Shown: positions 27,246-35,848 of the stretch, piece by piece | How positions within the stretch are numbered: position 1 is the stretch's first letter | Layout of the letters: every line of letters begins with the position of its first letter | Virus record (IMG/VR): IMGVR_UViG_3300020411_000003 | Direction: 5' to 3' (one strand) | Source of the DNA: a virus | Length of the DNA: 64,000 nt | Program-made: the position numbers and the translations under genes | Notes under the pieces: model-generated | Told to the model about the DNA's origin: nothing | The model's input: only the letters and a program-made list of their open reading frames with translations | Databases searched by the model: none

Positions 27246-27898
27246 TGTTTTTCAGATTATTACCAAGTATAGAATACACCAAGTCTCCCATCAGTTATCC
27301 GTTCTCGGAATCTGATTATGTTGTTGCGACAAACTTCTTCAAGAAGTATACAATCGATGAAAACATATTTGAATACGCAGTATACTTTGACAAGTATGTC
27401 ATACAGACTGGTGAAAGATTAGATACTATTGCAATGAAGTTCTATAAAAATCCTTTCTATGATTGGGTGATAGCAATAACAAATAACATGGTGAATCCTG
27501 GATATGATTTACCAATGGATGATAATGCTATCAGAATATATGCTGAAGACAAATATGATGATCCTTACTCTGGCACACATCACTATGAAACAATTGAATA
27601 TAAAAGCGTACAAGATGTAGTACTACAACCTGCTGGTCTCTATGTTGATGAGAACTTCTATACAAGTAGTCATACCTTCAACAACGGAGCAAGTCTAGTT
27701 ACTATACCTGGTTCTACATTATCAAGACCAGTGAACAACTATGAGTATGAGATACAGAAGAACGAAAAGAACAGAGAGATCTATCTCTTACAACCAGCAC
27801 TGGTAGGTGCATTTGTTAGTAGTTTCAAAAAATCTAACAAATACACAGAGTCTAGTGACTATATTAATAAGAACTTAAAGAAAACAAATCGTATATGA
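27245..27898 (+). CDS. gp53: Baseplate wedge gp53
   Basis: LysM-like YVIQTGERLDTIA..FY..DWVI..N, then HHYET. Confidence 0.88.
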   Translation: MFFRLLPSIEYTKSPISYPFSESDYVVATNFFKKYTIDENIFEYAVYFDKYVIQTGERLDTIAMKFYKNPFYDWVIAITNNMVNPGYDLPMDDNAIRIYAEDKYDDPYSGTHHYETIEYKSVQDVVLQPAGLYVDENFYTSSHTFNNGASLVTIPGSTLSRPVNNYEYEIQKNEKNREIYLLQPALVGAFVSSFKKSNKYTESSDYINKNLKKTNRI

Positions 27899-28176
27899 TA
27901 TTTTGGATTGGTTTCACTCTCATGTTTCTTAATGAGGGTTTCGTCATGATGAGACATGTATCACCACTCTTTGCACAGATCAGAGAGGAACTCATCAAAG
28001 ACTTAGGTGATACTTGGCAGAAGATTCATTCAACCTTAGACTGGTTGTGGATCTTCTTTGTTGTGTTAGGATTAATATTCACACAGCACAGAGCACTTGA
28101 TGTGTTTGCACTCGTAACATTCTGGAGTGCAGCACTGTGTTTAATTTACATACCTAAATGGTTGAAAGACTTTTAG
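27895..28176 (+). CDS. Small membrane protein
   Basis: Several hydrophobic segments; coupled to gp53. Confidence 0.65.
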   Translation: MIFWIGFTLMFLNEGFVMMRHVSPLFAQIREELIKDLGDTWQKIHSTLDWLWIFFVVLGLIFTQHRALDVFALVTFWSAALCLIYIPKWLKDF

Positions 28177-28212
28177 ACAAAAAAATACCCCGAAAAAATT
28201 TTCGGGGTTTTA
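28177..28212. terminator. Hairpin terminator between convergent genes
   Basis: ACCCCGAAAA-AA-TTTTCGGGGT flanked by A and T runs. Confidence 0.75.
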
Positions 28213-28236
28213 TGTAATTGAAATATCAATTTTGGA

Positions 28237-28632
28237 TTAAGGTGCTGGTTGTTGTGGAACAGGTTGTAAAGTTACCATACCTTCGTACACTACTGGTGGT
28301 TCTGGATCAGGACAGCATGGCATGTCTTGATGTGCATGCTCCATCAAATGCTCAACCTTTTGGTTAAGTTCTTCAAGTAATTGAATGACATAATCTACAC
28401 GAGGATCTTCAACAGGTGCATCTGATGGTGCTGTGAAAGTTCCATCTGGTCCTGTTGTAATGACCACGTTAGGATCATCTGCAACAGCAGTTGGATCTGG
28501 GTAAGGTACATTCACAACGCCATCAGGAGTATCAGGTGCGATGTTCTCTGGATACAAACCAGGTTGCTCTGTTACTTCAGTGCCTGGAATTGGTTCGTTG
28601 TTGTACTCAGGTGTAAAGTTTGAATTAGTCAT
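28237..28632 (-). CDS. Pro/acidic-rich hypothetical protein
   Basis: 131-aa ORF, low complexity. Confidence 0.65.
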   Translation of the reverse strand: MTNSNFTPEYNNEPIPGTEVTEQPGLYPENIAPDTPDGVVNVPYPDPTAVADDPNVVITTGPDGTFTAPSDAPVEDPRVDYVIQLLEELNQKVEHLMEHAHQDMPCCPDPEPPVVYEGMVTLQPVPQQPAP

Positions 28633-28637
28633 TGATT

Positions 28638-28853
28638 TTACTTAGAGATTAGTTCGGTTAGTTCTTCCTCCCTATGCTTTGTAGCACGGTCAGGATAGAT
28701 TCTTTTATCATCATGTTCATACAAAGATGTCAATGATGTAAGGTCAGGTGGTGCTGCACCACTCAAGACAGCAGAACCAGTGGCAACTACACCTATCGTC
28801 AGTGTAGTGGCAACCATGGTCGCTTCCATGAGTTGCAATAGTTCGACTAGCAT
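28638..28853 (-). CDS. Small hypothetical membrane-associated protein
   Basis: Hydrophobic N-terminus; operon-like spacing. Confidence 0.55.
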   Translation of the reverse strand: MLVELLQLMEATMVATTLTIGVVATGSAVLSGAAPPDLTSLTSLYEHDDKRIYPDRATKHREEELTELISK

Positions 28854-28887
28854 TTCTTTATTTAGTTTCTATAGGCATATTATACAG

Positions 28888-28914
28888 AAAAAAAGGAGTG
28901 TTTGACCACTCCTT
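28888..28914 (-). terminator. Rho-independent terminator
   Basis: AAGGAGTG-GTCAAA-CACTCCTT followed by a T-run. Confidence 0.75.
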
Positions 28915-28921
28915 GTGACAG

Positions 28922-29158
28922 TTATTCATCTGTCTTAAACTCTTCACTCCAAGCATCTATAAACTGTCTCCTCTGTTCCCATGTCTGACCACTAGTAGAT
29001 CCTTTACAGGGATTGATGCATGTTTCATCACCAAATTGATTACATACTAAACCTGCTAGATCATGTGGACATCCTACCTTACCTGTTGACCAATAAAGTT
29101 CTCCTCCATACCATTTTGCTTCACACTTTGGACACGTTGCGTTGCTGTAAGAATCCAT
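28922..29158 (-). CDS. Small Cys-rich hypothetical protein
   Basis: CPKC...CPHDL..C...CINPC. Confidence 0.65.
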   Translation of the reverse strand: MDSYSNATCPKCEAKWYGGELYWSTGKVGCPHDLAGLVCNQFGDETCINPCKGSTSGQTWEQRRQFIDAWSEEFKTDE

Positions 29159-29337
29159 TCTCCACTCCTGTCTTTATTCCAATGACGAATTACGCCTGCC
29201 ATAATAAAACCATTAGTAATGAGATAACAAAAGAGTATAGAAGTACGTACCAGAACAACGTAGTTGTCGTAGCGTTTAGTTTTTTCGTCAGAGAAAGAAC
29301 CCAATGCATACTTCCATATCCTCCATAATTTCTTCAC
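29074..29337 (-). CDS. Small conserved cyanophage membrane protein
   Basis: GTG start; WRIWKYALGSFSD followed by a hydrophobic helix. Confidence 0.6.
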   Translation of the reverse strand: MKKLWRIWKYALGSFSDEKTKRYDNYVVLVRTSILFCYLITNGFIMAGVIRHWNKDRSGEWILTATQRVQSVKQNGMEENFIGQQVR

Positions 29338-29516
29338 TAATAATCGTCCTCTTTACTTTCAATATATTCTTTGTTTCGTTTACATACACCATGTACATCA
29401 ATCTCTTGATGCCAATGGGCTGTAGTATGTATACCTTCTATTAATAGTAGTATCATTAATAGCATGACTGGTAGCATCCATAATGGATGACCAATAACCT
29501 CTTCAGTTGTTCTCAT
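29337..29516 (-). CDS. Small membrane protein (59 aa)
   Basis: Read by hand: MRTTEEVIGHPLWMLPVMLLMILLLIEGIHTTAHWHQEIDVHG...; overlaps its neighbours at both ends. Confidence 0.55.
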   Translation of the reverse strand: MRTTEEVIGHPLWMLPVMLLMILLLIEGIHTTAHWHQEIDVHGVCKRNKEYIESKEDDY

Positions 29517-30151
29517 TCTGCATACGAGAAGAAAAATTCATCCATCATTCGGTCAGCTTTTTCCTTACCAAAACGATGTGTCATGTATCCTAAAATAGGA
29601 TCCAATTTCTTCATGTATATATCAAAGTCTTTGTAAAATGTTGTGTCTTCTCCTGTTGGTAATGCTTCATCAATCATACTACGATAGACCTCAAGATACT
29701 TTCTGAACTCAGGTAGATATGTATCAACCTCATCAAAGGTACAGTACCTTACAAAAATGTTCTCTGAAAAATGGTTGCCCATCTCAAAGAACCTGTAGTC
29801 TCTGTCTGCTTTAGGTAAATTGGGTAAAGAAAACAAAAACTTTTCAACTGGATGTTGGAAGTCAAATACTATGATGACTTTCTTTTGATGAAAACCCATG
29901 AGATCCATCCCAAAACAGGGAAGATAACTCCCTGTCTTAGGATAGATTACATTGTTATAGATATCTGACTTTTCATTGTAGATATCTACTCGTCTTGACT
30001 TTATAAAATGAGGAGCAGTATAGATGTCTGCCGTTAAGGTCAGATCACCTTTACCTTTCCACTCACACCACCGTGAATCAAATTTAAACTCAGGGAAAAC
30101 ATCATCAAGAACTTTTTTATAGTTGACCCAGAGGTCAACTGTGTTAGTCAT
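29513..30151 (-). CDS. pebS: Phycoerythrobilin synthase (ferredoxin-dependent bilin reductase)
   Basis: IYPKTG..LPCFGMDLM..KKVIIVFDFQHP..YRFFEMGNHFS, matching phage PebS as recalled. Confidence 0.9.
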   Translation of the reverse strand: MTNTVDLWVNYKKVLDDVFPEFKFDSRWCEWKGKGDLTLTADIYTAPHFIKSRRVDIYNEKSDIYNNVIYPKTGSYLPCFGMDLMGFHQKKVIIVFDFQHPVEKFLFSLPNLPKADRDYRFFEMGNHFSENIFVRYCTFDEVDTYLPEFRKYLEVYRSMIDEALPTGEDTTFYKDFDIYMKKLDPILGYMTHRFGKEKADRMMDEFFFSYAE

Positions 30152-31046
30152 CGGATGCTAGTGATGCAAAGTATGATAGTGCATCGTCATCCTCAACGAC
30201 TGCTTCCTTCTTAACAGGACTCGTAGCAGCACCTACCTTCTCTCTAAAAGATGCAGTAGGAGGTGCAGCAATAGGAGTCTCAAGTTCCTCAACAACAGCA
30301 CGTGCTGGAGCACGTTTACCTGTACCTAGAACAAGGTTCAATCTTGCTTCGAGGTCGTCGTAGGATTTGAAGTTGTCCTTTGCTGTAAATGCTTCGAGGG
30401 AGTGCTCCAACTTCCATGTTGCTTCCAGTTCAGAATCATCTGCACTAAGAGCACTAACACTATCAAACTCACTGCTGTCATAGTTCCAATATCCTGCTAC
30501 CTTTTTGATCTTCAACTTAAAGTTAGCACCTTCCCAAAGATCAAACACATTGATAGGTGTCTCATCTTGGAACTCAGGTTGCATTGCTGCAAGGATCTTG
30601 TCATGGATCTTCTTGCCATACTTGTACAAGAATACTTTACCCTCGTTCTCAGGGTTCTTTGGATCCTTTACAACATAGATGTTACTGTAGTAAGAAAGCT
30701 TACGCTTCTGCTTACGTGCAGTATCTTTGTCTTCTTCTGCTCCACTATTCCAAAGGCGACGATTAACTTCACCAACTGGATCTTTCTCACCTAGTGTGGT
30801 AAGACTGTTCTCAATGTACCAACCACCTGGTCCTTGGAATGCATGGGAATAAACCTTTGCCCAAGGTACTGTTTCTCCATCAGGTGCTGGAAGAAATCTG
30901 ATGACTGCATAACCGTTACCGCTTGCGTCAACTTCTGGTTTCCAGAAACGATCATCTGCATTATTATTTGAAGATGATTTCTCTAGTTCCTTTTGAAGGA
31001 ATTGAAAATTACTACTTGATTTTTTCTTTAATTCTGCGAAAGACAT
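30144..31046 (-). CDS. gp32: Single-stranded DNA-binding protein gp32
   Basis: DDRFWKP..GNGYAVIRFLP..GANFKLK..NYD.SEF; acidic tail. Confidence 0.96.
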   Translation of the reverse strand: MSFAELKKKSSSNFQFLQKELEKSSSNNNADDRFWKPEVDASGNGYAVIRFLPAPDGETVPWAKVYSHAFQGPGGWYIENSLTTLGEKDPVGEVNRRLWNSGAEEDKDTARKQKRKLSYYSNIYVVKDPKNPENEGKVFLYKYGKKIHDKILAAMQPEFQDETPINVFDLWEGANFKLKIKKVAGYWNYDSSEFDSVSALSADDSELEATWKLEHSLEAFTAKDNFKSYDDLEARLNLVLGTGKRAPARAVVEELETPIAAPPTASFREKVGAATSPVKKEAVVEDDDALSYFASLASDD

Positions 31047-31070
31047 ATTAGTTTAGATTCTATTGGATTT

Positions 31071-31274
31071 GGGGTGGGAGGTAGGAATTATGTGTACCTA
31101 CAAGTACAGGGCATTTCTACATAAGTAAATTTTTACTGTACTGCATGAGTCCTGTCTGGTTGGACAGTTCTGTTGTTGCCAACAGCGAGCACCACCTCTG
31201 ACTCATCACCTTAACTAGACCATTGCCAGCAAGTTTAATTCAGTCACTCCCGTGTCAGGTAGCTAACCCGACAT
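31071..31274 (-). ncRNA. Structured ~200-nt leader RNA, probably the manA motif
   Basis: GGGAG/CTCCC and GGTGG/CCACC long-range pairs, TGAGTC/GACTCA, and CTGTC/GACAG hairpins. The motif name is from recollection and needs an Rfam check. Confidence 0.6.
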
Positions 31275-31277
31275 TTA

Positions 31278-31308
31278 TATTTATAGCACGGTCAGGAACC
31301 TTTGTCAA
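31278..31308 (-). promoter_or_regulatory. Overlapping sigma70-type (TTGACA-N17-TATAAA) and late (TATAAATA) promoters
   Basis: Both consensus elements lie just upstream of the leader RNA and gp32. Confidence 0.75.
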
Positions 31309-31639
31309 GCTTTTCAACATGGTTTCTGTAAGATGTTACTTTCTTTAATAGATCGTCAAACATGTCTATAACATTCATGTTTGGATCTCCACCAAGCAAC
31401 AGTGCTGCTTGCTTCATGTTCTCTTTGATAGACTCTGCATCTGGATCATCAGACAATCTAACACGGGTATAAAAGATCTTCTGTTTTTCTATCAACTGAG
31501 TTAGTGCATCGAAATATTCTAGTTGTTGTTCCTTCTTCAAGAGTGGAAGGTTCATAGCAGATTTGAAACAGAACTCTTGGAGAACTGTCATCTCTTGGAT
31601 CGTACCACGTACTAGTTCGGACTGAAAGAATTTACCCAT
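31292..31639 (-). CDS. Conserved cyanophage hypothetical protein (DUF1825-like)
   Basis: FFQSELVR...L.EKQKIFYTR..LSDDP.A pattern. Confidence 0.7.
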   Translation of the reverse strand: MGKFFQSELVRGTIQEMTVLQEFCFKSAMNLPLLKKEQQLEYFDALTQLIEKQKIFYTRVRLSDDPDAESIKENMKQAALLLGGDPNMNVIDMFDDLLKKVTSYRNHVEKLDKGS

Positions 31640-31893
31640 TAGACTAAAAGTAATTTTGCTCTTGATGTTTTCTTGATAAAGTTTAACTTCTGTGCTTCAT
31701 ATTTAATCTTTTCTTTCAATGGTTTGGACAGTAGTTTCGGTACGGATTCTACTTCAATTTCATTCACTTCACAGAAATGTAGAACTGCATCAATGTAGTT
31801 CATATCTACATTGTGGACAGCAATCTTCTCAACTTCCTGCGAAAATTTTGCAGGTGTCATAAATTTATCCTCTAGTAATTTTGATTTATCCAT
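31639..31893 (-). CDS. gp33: Late transcription coactivator gp33
   Basis: FSQEVEKI..NYIDAVLHFCE..LSKPLKEKIKYEAQKLNF. Confidence 0.88.
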   Translation of the reverse strand: MDKSKLLEDKFMTPAKFSQEVEKIAVHNVDMNYIDAVLHFCEVNEIEVESVPKLLSKPLKEKIKYEAQKLNFIKKTSRAKLLLV

Positions 31894-32560
31894 ACTTGTC
31901 TTGGTACTCGCTTCGGTATTGTATTAGTTTTAAGAGAAACTCCTTCTTCGGTGGAAGCACCTTGACTTGGGTCTCACCGTTTTCACATGCAACAATAGTC
32001 ACGAGTTGTTTAACAGTTATACCATAAATCTCCTGTAAACAGCAAGCATATGCTGTCTCTTGGACATAATAATCGTAAAGATATTGTTCTCTCTTTGGTT
32101 CAGCAGCAGTTTTAAAGTCTATGATAGATAGTACTCCATCAAAATCAGCGATACAATCTACACGACCAGCTATTTCTAAATGATCTGAGTATAATGCTGC
32201 TTCTTGTAAGAATATATTATTTATTCTATCTAGTACATGCTTACTATGCTGAAACATAACCACAGGTAGTGGAGATTCTTTGTATGAATCTATATCTAAT
32301 CTATTATTAAAGTAGTCTTCAACAATAGAATGATACGTAGTACCTCTAGTAGTTGAACGCTTACAGATAGCATCTGCTTTAGCGTTACCTATCTTTGCTC
32401 TCCACTTAGCAATGCCTGCTTTCTTAGCAGCGTTGTTGCTAATGACTGTAGTGATAGAAGGATAGTTCCTCCCATAGGGAGTGGAGTATAACCTCCTACC
32501 ATCTATCATCTTAGCTTCCATATGGATGGGACTAATGCCATCCCTGTGGTTAAAAATCAT
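31886..32560 (-). CDS. PD-(D/E)XK (Cas4-like) exonuclease
   Basis: YPSITTV..RGT..H..AGRVDCIA..IIDFKT..Q..AY. Confidence 0.88.
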   Translation of the reverse strand: MIFNHRDGISPIHMEAKMIDGRRLYSTPYGRNYPSITTVISNNAAKKAGIAKWRAKIGNAKADAICKRSTTRGTTYHSIVEDYFNNRLDIDSYKESPLPVVMFQHSKHVLDRINNIFLQEAALYSDHLEIAGRVDCIADFDGVLSIIDFKTAAEPKREQYLYDYYVQETAYACCLQEIYGITVKQLVTIVACENGETQVKVLPPKKEFLLKLIQYRSEYQDKYG

Positions 32561-33306
32561 AATCCTAATGACATTTTACTAATGAGATAGGACTTGATTA
32601 ATCCAGAACGAACGATATCATTCACTCCGAATTCTATCATAGAAAACTCTTCCATGTTCTCAAGGATACGTTGGAAGTCTATGATACCATTCCTTTCTTT
32701 GTCTCTAGTTAAGTCTGTCTGATTTACATCACCACAGAACATAATCTTAGAGTCTTGACCAACACGAGTCATAATAGAATCTAACTCGTGGAAGTTAAGG
32801 TTCTGGCACTCATCCACTATGATAATAGAATTATCTAATGTTGTACCACGTAGGAAAGATGTAGACCAAAATGATATGGTCTCTTGATGTTTAAGATTCT
32901 CATAAAGCATCTCGAATGATGCATCATCAGGCATTTCAAACATCGACTGAACCATATTCTTATATGGTATCTGATAAAGAAGAGACTTGTCTTCATGATC
33001 TCCTGGTAAGAAACCAATCTCTCTTGTTGCTACAAGAGACCTAACAATATAAACTTTATCAAATGGTGTGAAGTCACTTAGTACATCCTTAAGTGCAAGG
33101 TACAATGCAATGAATGTTTTACCTGTACCTGCTGCACCATAAGCAAAGATGTTTTTATCTTCACTCCATTCTTTAAAGAACCCCTGTTGATTCTCAGTAA
33201 GGGGTTGGATGTCTGTCATGTAAGATGAATCAATAGGTTTCCTACGTCTCATCTGTCGCTTAGACATACCACTAGGTACTGGAACCTTTGGTTTACGTCC
33301 TGCCAT
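32557..33306 (-). CDS. phoH: PhoH-like ATPase
   Basis: GAAGTGKT Walker A, IGFLPG, FLRG.T, DECQN. Start refined. Confidence 0.95.
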   Translation of the reverse strand: MAGRKPKVPVPSGMSKRQMRRRKPIDSSYMTDIQPLTENQQGFFKEWSEDKNIFAYGAAGTGKTFIALYLALKDVLSDFTPFDKVYIVRSLVATREIGFLPGDHEDKSLLYQIPYKNMVQSMFEMPDDASFEMLYENLKHQETISFWSTSFLRGTTLDNSIIIVDECQNLNFHELDSIMTRVGQDSKIMFCGDVNQTDLTRDKERNGIIDFQRILENMEEFSMIEFGVNDIVRSGLIKSYLISKMSLGL

Positions 33307-33307
33307 A

Positions 33308-33568
33308 TTACTTACCCCACTGATAACCACGACGGTCGAAACCTTTATCGACCTTACCTACTCTTCCAATAACATCTTTCCAACCTGGATGAGTCTTGCT
33401 CATTTTATCACGCCAGTCACCCACCTCTGCAATATCAGCAGCACAACCTGCTTGCCAATCTTTATCCCAATCAGGATTCTCCTTCCTCCATTCATCGTAG
33501 GCTTTCATTGTCATAGAGAGTTCTTTCTTCTCTCCAGTTTTTAGATTTTTTACTGGATATGTTGGCAT
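33308..33568 (-). CDS. Conserved T4-like hypothetical protein
   Basis: MPTYPVKN..TGE N-terminus. Confidence 0.7.
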   Translation of the reverse strand: MPTYPVKNLKTGEKKELSMTMKAYDEWRKENPDWDKDWQAGCAADIAEVGDWRDKMSKTHPGWKDVIGRVGKVDKGFDRRGYQWGK

Positions 33569-33569
33569 A

Positions 33570-34208
33570 TTATTTCCACTCCAATGCTTCAGATACTATA
33601 GGGAACTGTTCAACAAAGATAGATCTAACCATCTCTGCTATCTCCATGTGTTCCTTCTGGGTTCCATGTGCAGACCGTAGATCTATGTAGTGTACCCATG
33701 AACGAACACTACCTGTCATATATAACCGAGTCGGTGTAGCGAGAGGTAGTACAAACCGAGCACATTCTTTTGCAATTCCTGCATGCAACATCTTCTTATA
33801 GAGATCAATACTAGCATCAAATTGCTTTCGCATCTCTATATTAAATGTCTCCACCACTTTAGGATCAACATCATCAACAGAGTTCTGTCTGTTCTTTAGA
33901 TCTTGACTGCGTAATGCTGGCAATGGAATATCTTCTCTAATATGAGAGACATCTGCATACCGTTGTGAAAATTCTTGATATGTGAACGACCTATGACGAA
34001 GGATTTGAGCTGCCAGTCCTCTGGTAGTCTCGATCTCCACTGTCATGTGTGCCTGTTCGAAAACGGACCAGTGACCATGCTTTATGCAATACTTTAGCAA
34101 TCCACTCACGTTTGGATTGTCTTGGTTGTTTGGGTTGCTGACTCTCGCCACGTAACCCATCGTTTCCTCCGCTTTGGGAGTCACTGTTATTAGTCTCACT
34201 TGTTGCAT
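33570..34208 (-). CDS. thyX: Flavin-dependent thymidylate synthase
   Basis: GHWSVFE..QILRHRSFTYQEFSQRY (RHRx7S). Confidence 0.96.
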   Translation of the reverse strand: MQQVRLITVTPKAEETMGYVARVSNPNNQDNPNVSGLLKYCIKHGHWSVFEQAHMTVEIETTRGLAAQILRHRSFTYQEFSQRYADVSHIREDIPLPALRSQDLKNRQNSVDDVDPKVVETFNIEMRKQFDASIDLYKKMLHAGIAKECARFVLPLATPTRLYMTGSVRSWVHYIDLRSAHGTQKEHMEIAEMVRSIFVEQFPIVSEALEWK

Positions 34209-34347
34209 AATTTTTTTTCTTCAGTGATTTTCTTATAAGTTTTGCGTACTGCACTTCGTAGTCAGTATACCACGTCGGATGCTTCTTTGCAAGCTTTATA
34301 ATTTTCTTTGCTGTTTTCCTTGTATCTTTTCGTTCTTCTTCTTTCAT
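33991..34347 (-). CDS. Small basic hypothetical protein; 3' part overlaps thyX
   Basis: The N-terminal ~50 aa fill the intergenic gap. Confidence 0.5.
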   Translation of the reverse strand: MKEEERKDTRKTAKKIIKLAKKHPTWYTDYEVQYAKLIRKSLKKKNYATSETNNSDSQSGGNDGLRGESQQPKQPRQSKREWIAKVLHKAWSLVRFRTGTHDSGDRDYQRTGSSNPSS

Positions 34348-34350
34348 CTA

Positions 34351-34512
34351 CTAGTCTGGATATCCATCGTCGTCATCAATTGATGTCAATCCTACCTTAA
34401 GGAAATCAGAATCTTTCATATAAGACTGAGGATCTGAATAAACCTCAGCTTCCAAGCAGTCCACTAGACTCTTCATGTTTTTGACAATCAATTTAAGTTT
34501 TTCTTTATCCAT
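34351..34512 (-). CDS. Small conserved hypothetical protein (53 aa)
   Basis: Read by hand: MDKEKLKLIVKNMKSLVDCLEAEVYSDP...DDDDGYPD. Confidence 0.65.
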   Translation of the reverse strand: MDKEKLKLIVKNMKSLVDCLEAEVYSDPQSYMKDSDFLKVGLTSIDDDDGYPD

Positions 34513-34562
34513 ATAGGTTCTCCTTTAATATATTTATCGTAGCATAAAGAAGAGACTTTTTC

Positions 34563-34600
34563 AACAAAAAAATCCAGGAAAAAATTTTCCTGGATTCATT
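34563..34600 (-). terminator. Hairpin terminator
   Basis: AATCCAGGAAAA-AA-TTTTCCTGGATT with a minus-strand T-run. Confidence 0.7.
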
Positions 34601-34626
34601 GAAATCAAAACTGATTTTTGATTTTA

Positions 34627-34767
34627 CTATGCTGTTACTAACTTTTTAGCAACTTTGATACCACGATACATTAGTTCGTAGTTTCTTTCCTTTTGAGCTT
34701 CGTCAAGGATTAACTTGCGATACTCTTCAGTGTCGTACTTGACACCACGGTAAGTGACTTGTGCCAT
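34627..34767 (-). CDS. DUF4278-like small protein
   Basis: MAQVTYRGVKYDT..LMYRGIK; start refined. Confidence 0.75.
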   Translation of the reverse strand: MAQVTYRGVKYDTEEYRKLILDEAQKERNYELMYRGIKVAKKLVTA

Positions 34768-34798
34768 TGGCTTTTCCTCAGTAGTAGGGTGGATGAGA

Positions 34799-34870
34799 CC
34801 CGTTCCTTCAGTCGGCATTTGCGTCCCAGCAACCTAGATGATATGTCTCCTCGATCACGACCTGAACAAT
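34799..34870 (-). ncRNA. Second glutamine-riboswitch (glnA motif)-like element
   Basis: The 3' half GACGCAAATGCCGACTGAAGGAACGGG is clear; the 5' half (TGTTCA) is tentative. Confidence 0.55.
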
Positions 34871-34978
34871 CTCAGCTCGTAACTCTTCCCTCATCTCATA
34901 ATTGTTCTGAACATTATCGACTAAGCGATAAGCATCAGCACATGAGAGAGTGGCAGCAATAACAGCTAGGTGAAACAT
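34808..34978 (-). CDS. Small ORF nested between/within tandem glnA-like elements (56 aa)
   Basis: Read by hand: MFHLAVIAATLSCADAYRLVDNV...GCWDANAD. Confidence 0.55.
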   Translation of the reverse strand: MFHLAVIAATLSCADAYRLVDNVQNNYEMREELRAEIVQVVIEETYHLGCWDANAD

Positions 34979-34990
34979 AGGATGAACGAT

Positions 34991-35037
34991 CCGTTCCGTG
35001 TCGGCTTACTTGCGCTCTGTGTAACAGAGTGAACGTA
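34991..35037 (-). ncRNA. Glutamine riboswitch (glnA motif)
   Basis: TACGTTCA-CTCTGT TAC ACAGAG-CGCAAGTAAGCCGACACGGAACGG; P1 is CGTTC/GAACG. Confidence 0.75.
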
Positions 35038-35107
35038 ATGTCATGATAACATGACAAAATTATTTAGTCAAGTGTATCTGTGTATTCTGATACATTTTAA
35101 GGATGTT

Positions 35108-35317
35108 TTAACAATCTCTGTCTTCTATAAAATCTGGACATAACATAGCACCTGCAAGTTCTCTTGCTTTAGGGTTGTTGTCACACAATTTATTCATCCA
35201 GATCCTCTCGTCGAGAGAGACCTCACCATCAGTGGACATCATTCTACAACAAATATCAGTGAGTTGCAACTGGTATTTGTTGCTTAACTTGTTGGATGGC
35301 TGCAGGAAGGAGAGCAT
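35108..35317 (-). CDS. Small hypothetical protein
   Basis: ORF downstream of purN; start uncertain. Confidence 0.55.
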   Translation of the reverse strand: MLSFLQPSNKLSNKYQLQLTDICCRMMSTDGEVSLDERIWMNKLCDNNPKARELAGAMLCPDFIEDRDC

Positions 35318-35804
35318 ATTCTTTACGTTGAATTTTAGGGGTTAATGTTTCGACTGTATCATCTGGTTCAATAGGTACTTCATATTGAAGGATGACTTCA
35401 CCTGCGTCTAACTCTTCATTAACATAATGAACAGTACAACCAGTGACTTTATCACCTGCTTCCAATGCTTGTTCGACAGCATGGAGTCCTTTATATTTTG
35501 GAAGCAGTGATGGGTGTAGATTAATTATTCTATTGGGAAATGCTTTGATAAAATCAGGTGATACCACCCTCATATATCCAGCAAGAACAATAAGATCTAC
35601 TCTCCATGCTTTCATTAACTGAATGATCTGGTCTTCATTCTTATGAGAAATATAACAATGAGGAACACCAAACTTCTCTGCTTTCTTAGCAGCACCACAC
35701 TCTTTCTTGTTGTGTATCATCAACACAACTTCATCTTCCCAACATGACCTTAGAATATTCTCGAAGTTAGTTCCGTTGCCAGAACACAATACTCCTAGTC
35801 TCAT
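35256..35804 (-). CDS. purN: Phosphoribosylglycinamide formyltransferase
   Basis: SGNGTNF..LIVLAGYMR..INLHPSLLPKY.G..GCTVHYV..LDAG. Confidence 0.95.
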   Translation of the reverse strand: MRLGVLCSGNGTNFENILRSCWEDEVVLMIHNKKECGAAKKAEKFGVPHCYISHKNEDQIIQLMKAWRVDLIVLAGYMRVVSPDFIKAFPNRIINLHPSLLPKYKGLHAVEQALEAGDKVTGCTVHYVNEELDAGEVILQYEVPIEPDDTVETLTPKIQRKEYALLPAAIQQVKQQIPVATH

Positions 35805-35848
35805 AATAGTAATGCATCTAATTTATCTATGGTAGTATCTAATGATAC

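Noticed and set aside
31886-32560. Cas4 as evidence of a CRISPR system
   Set aside because: It is a stand-alone exonuclease common in T4-like cyanophages; there are no other cas genes or array.
35072-35094. Possible NtcA box upstream of the glutamine riboswitch
   Set aside because: The GTA...TAC spacings are 6 or 14 nt, not the canonical 8.
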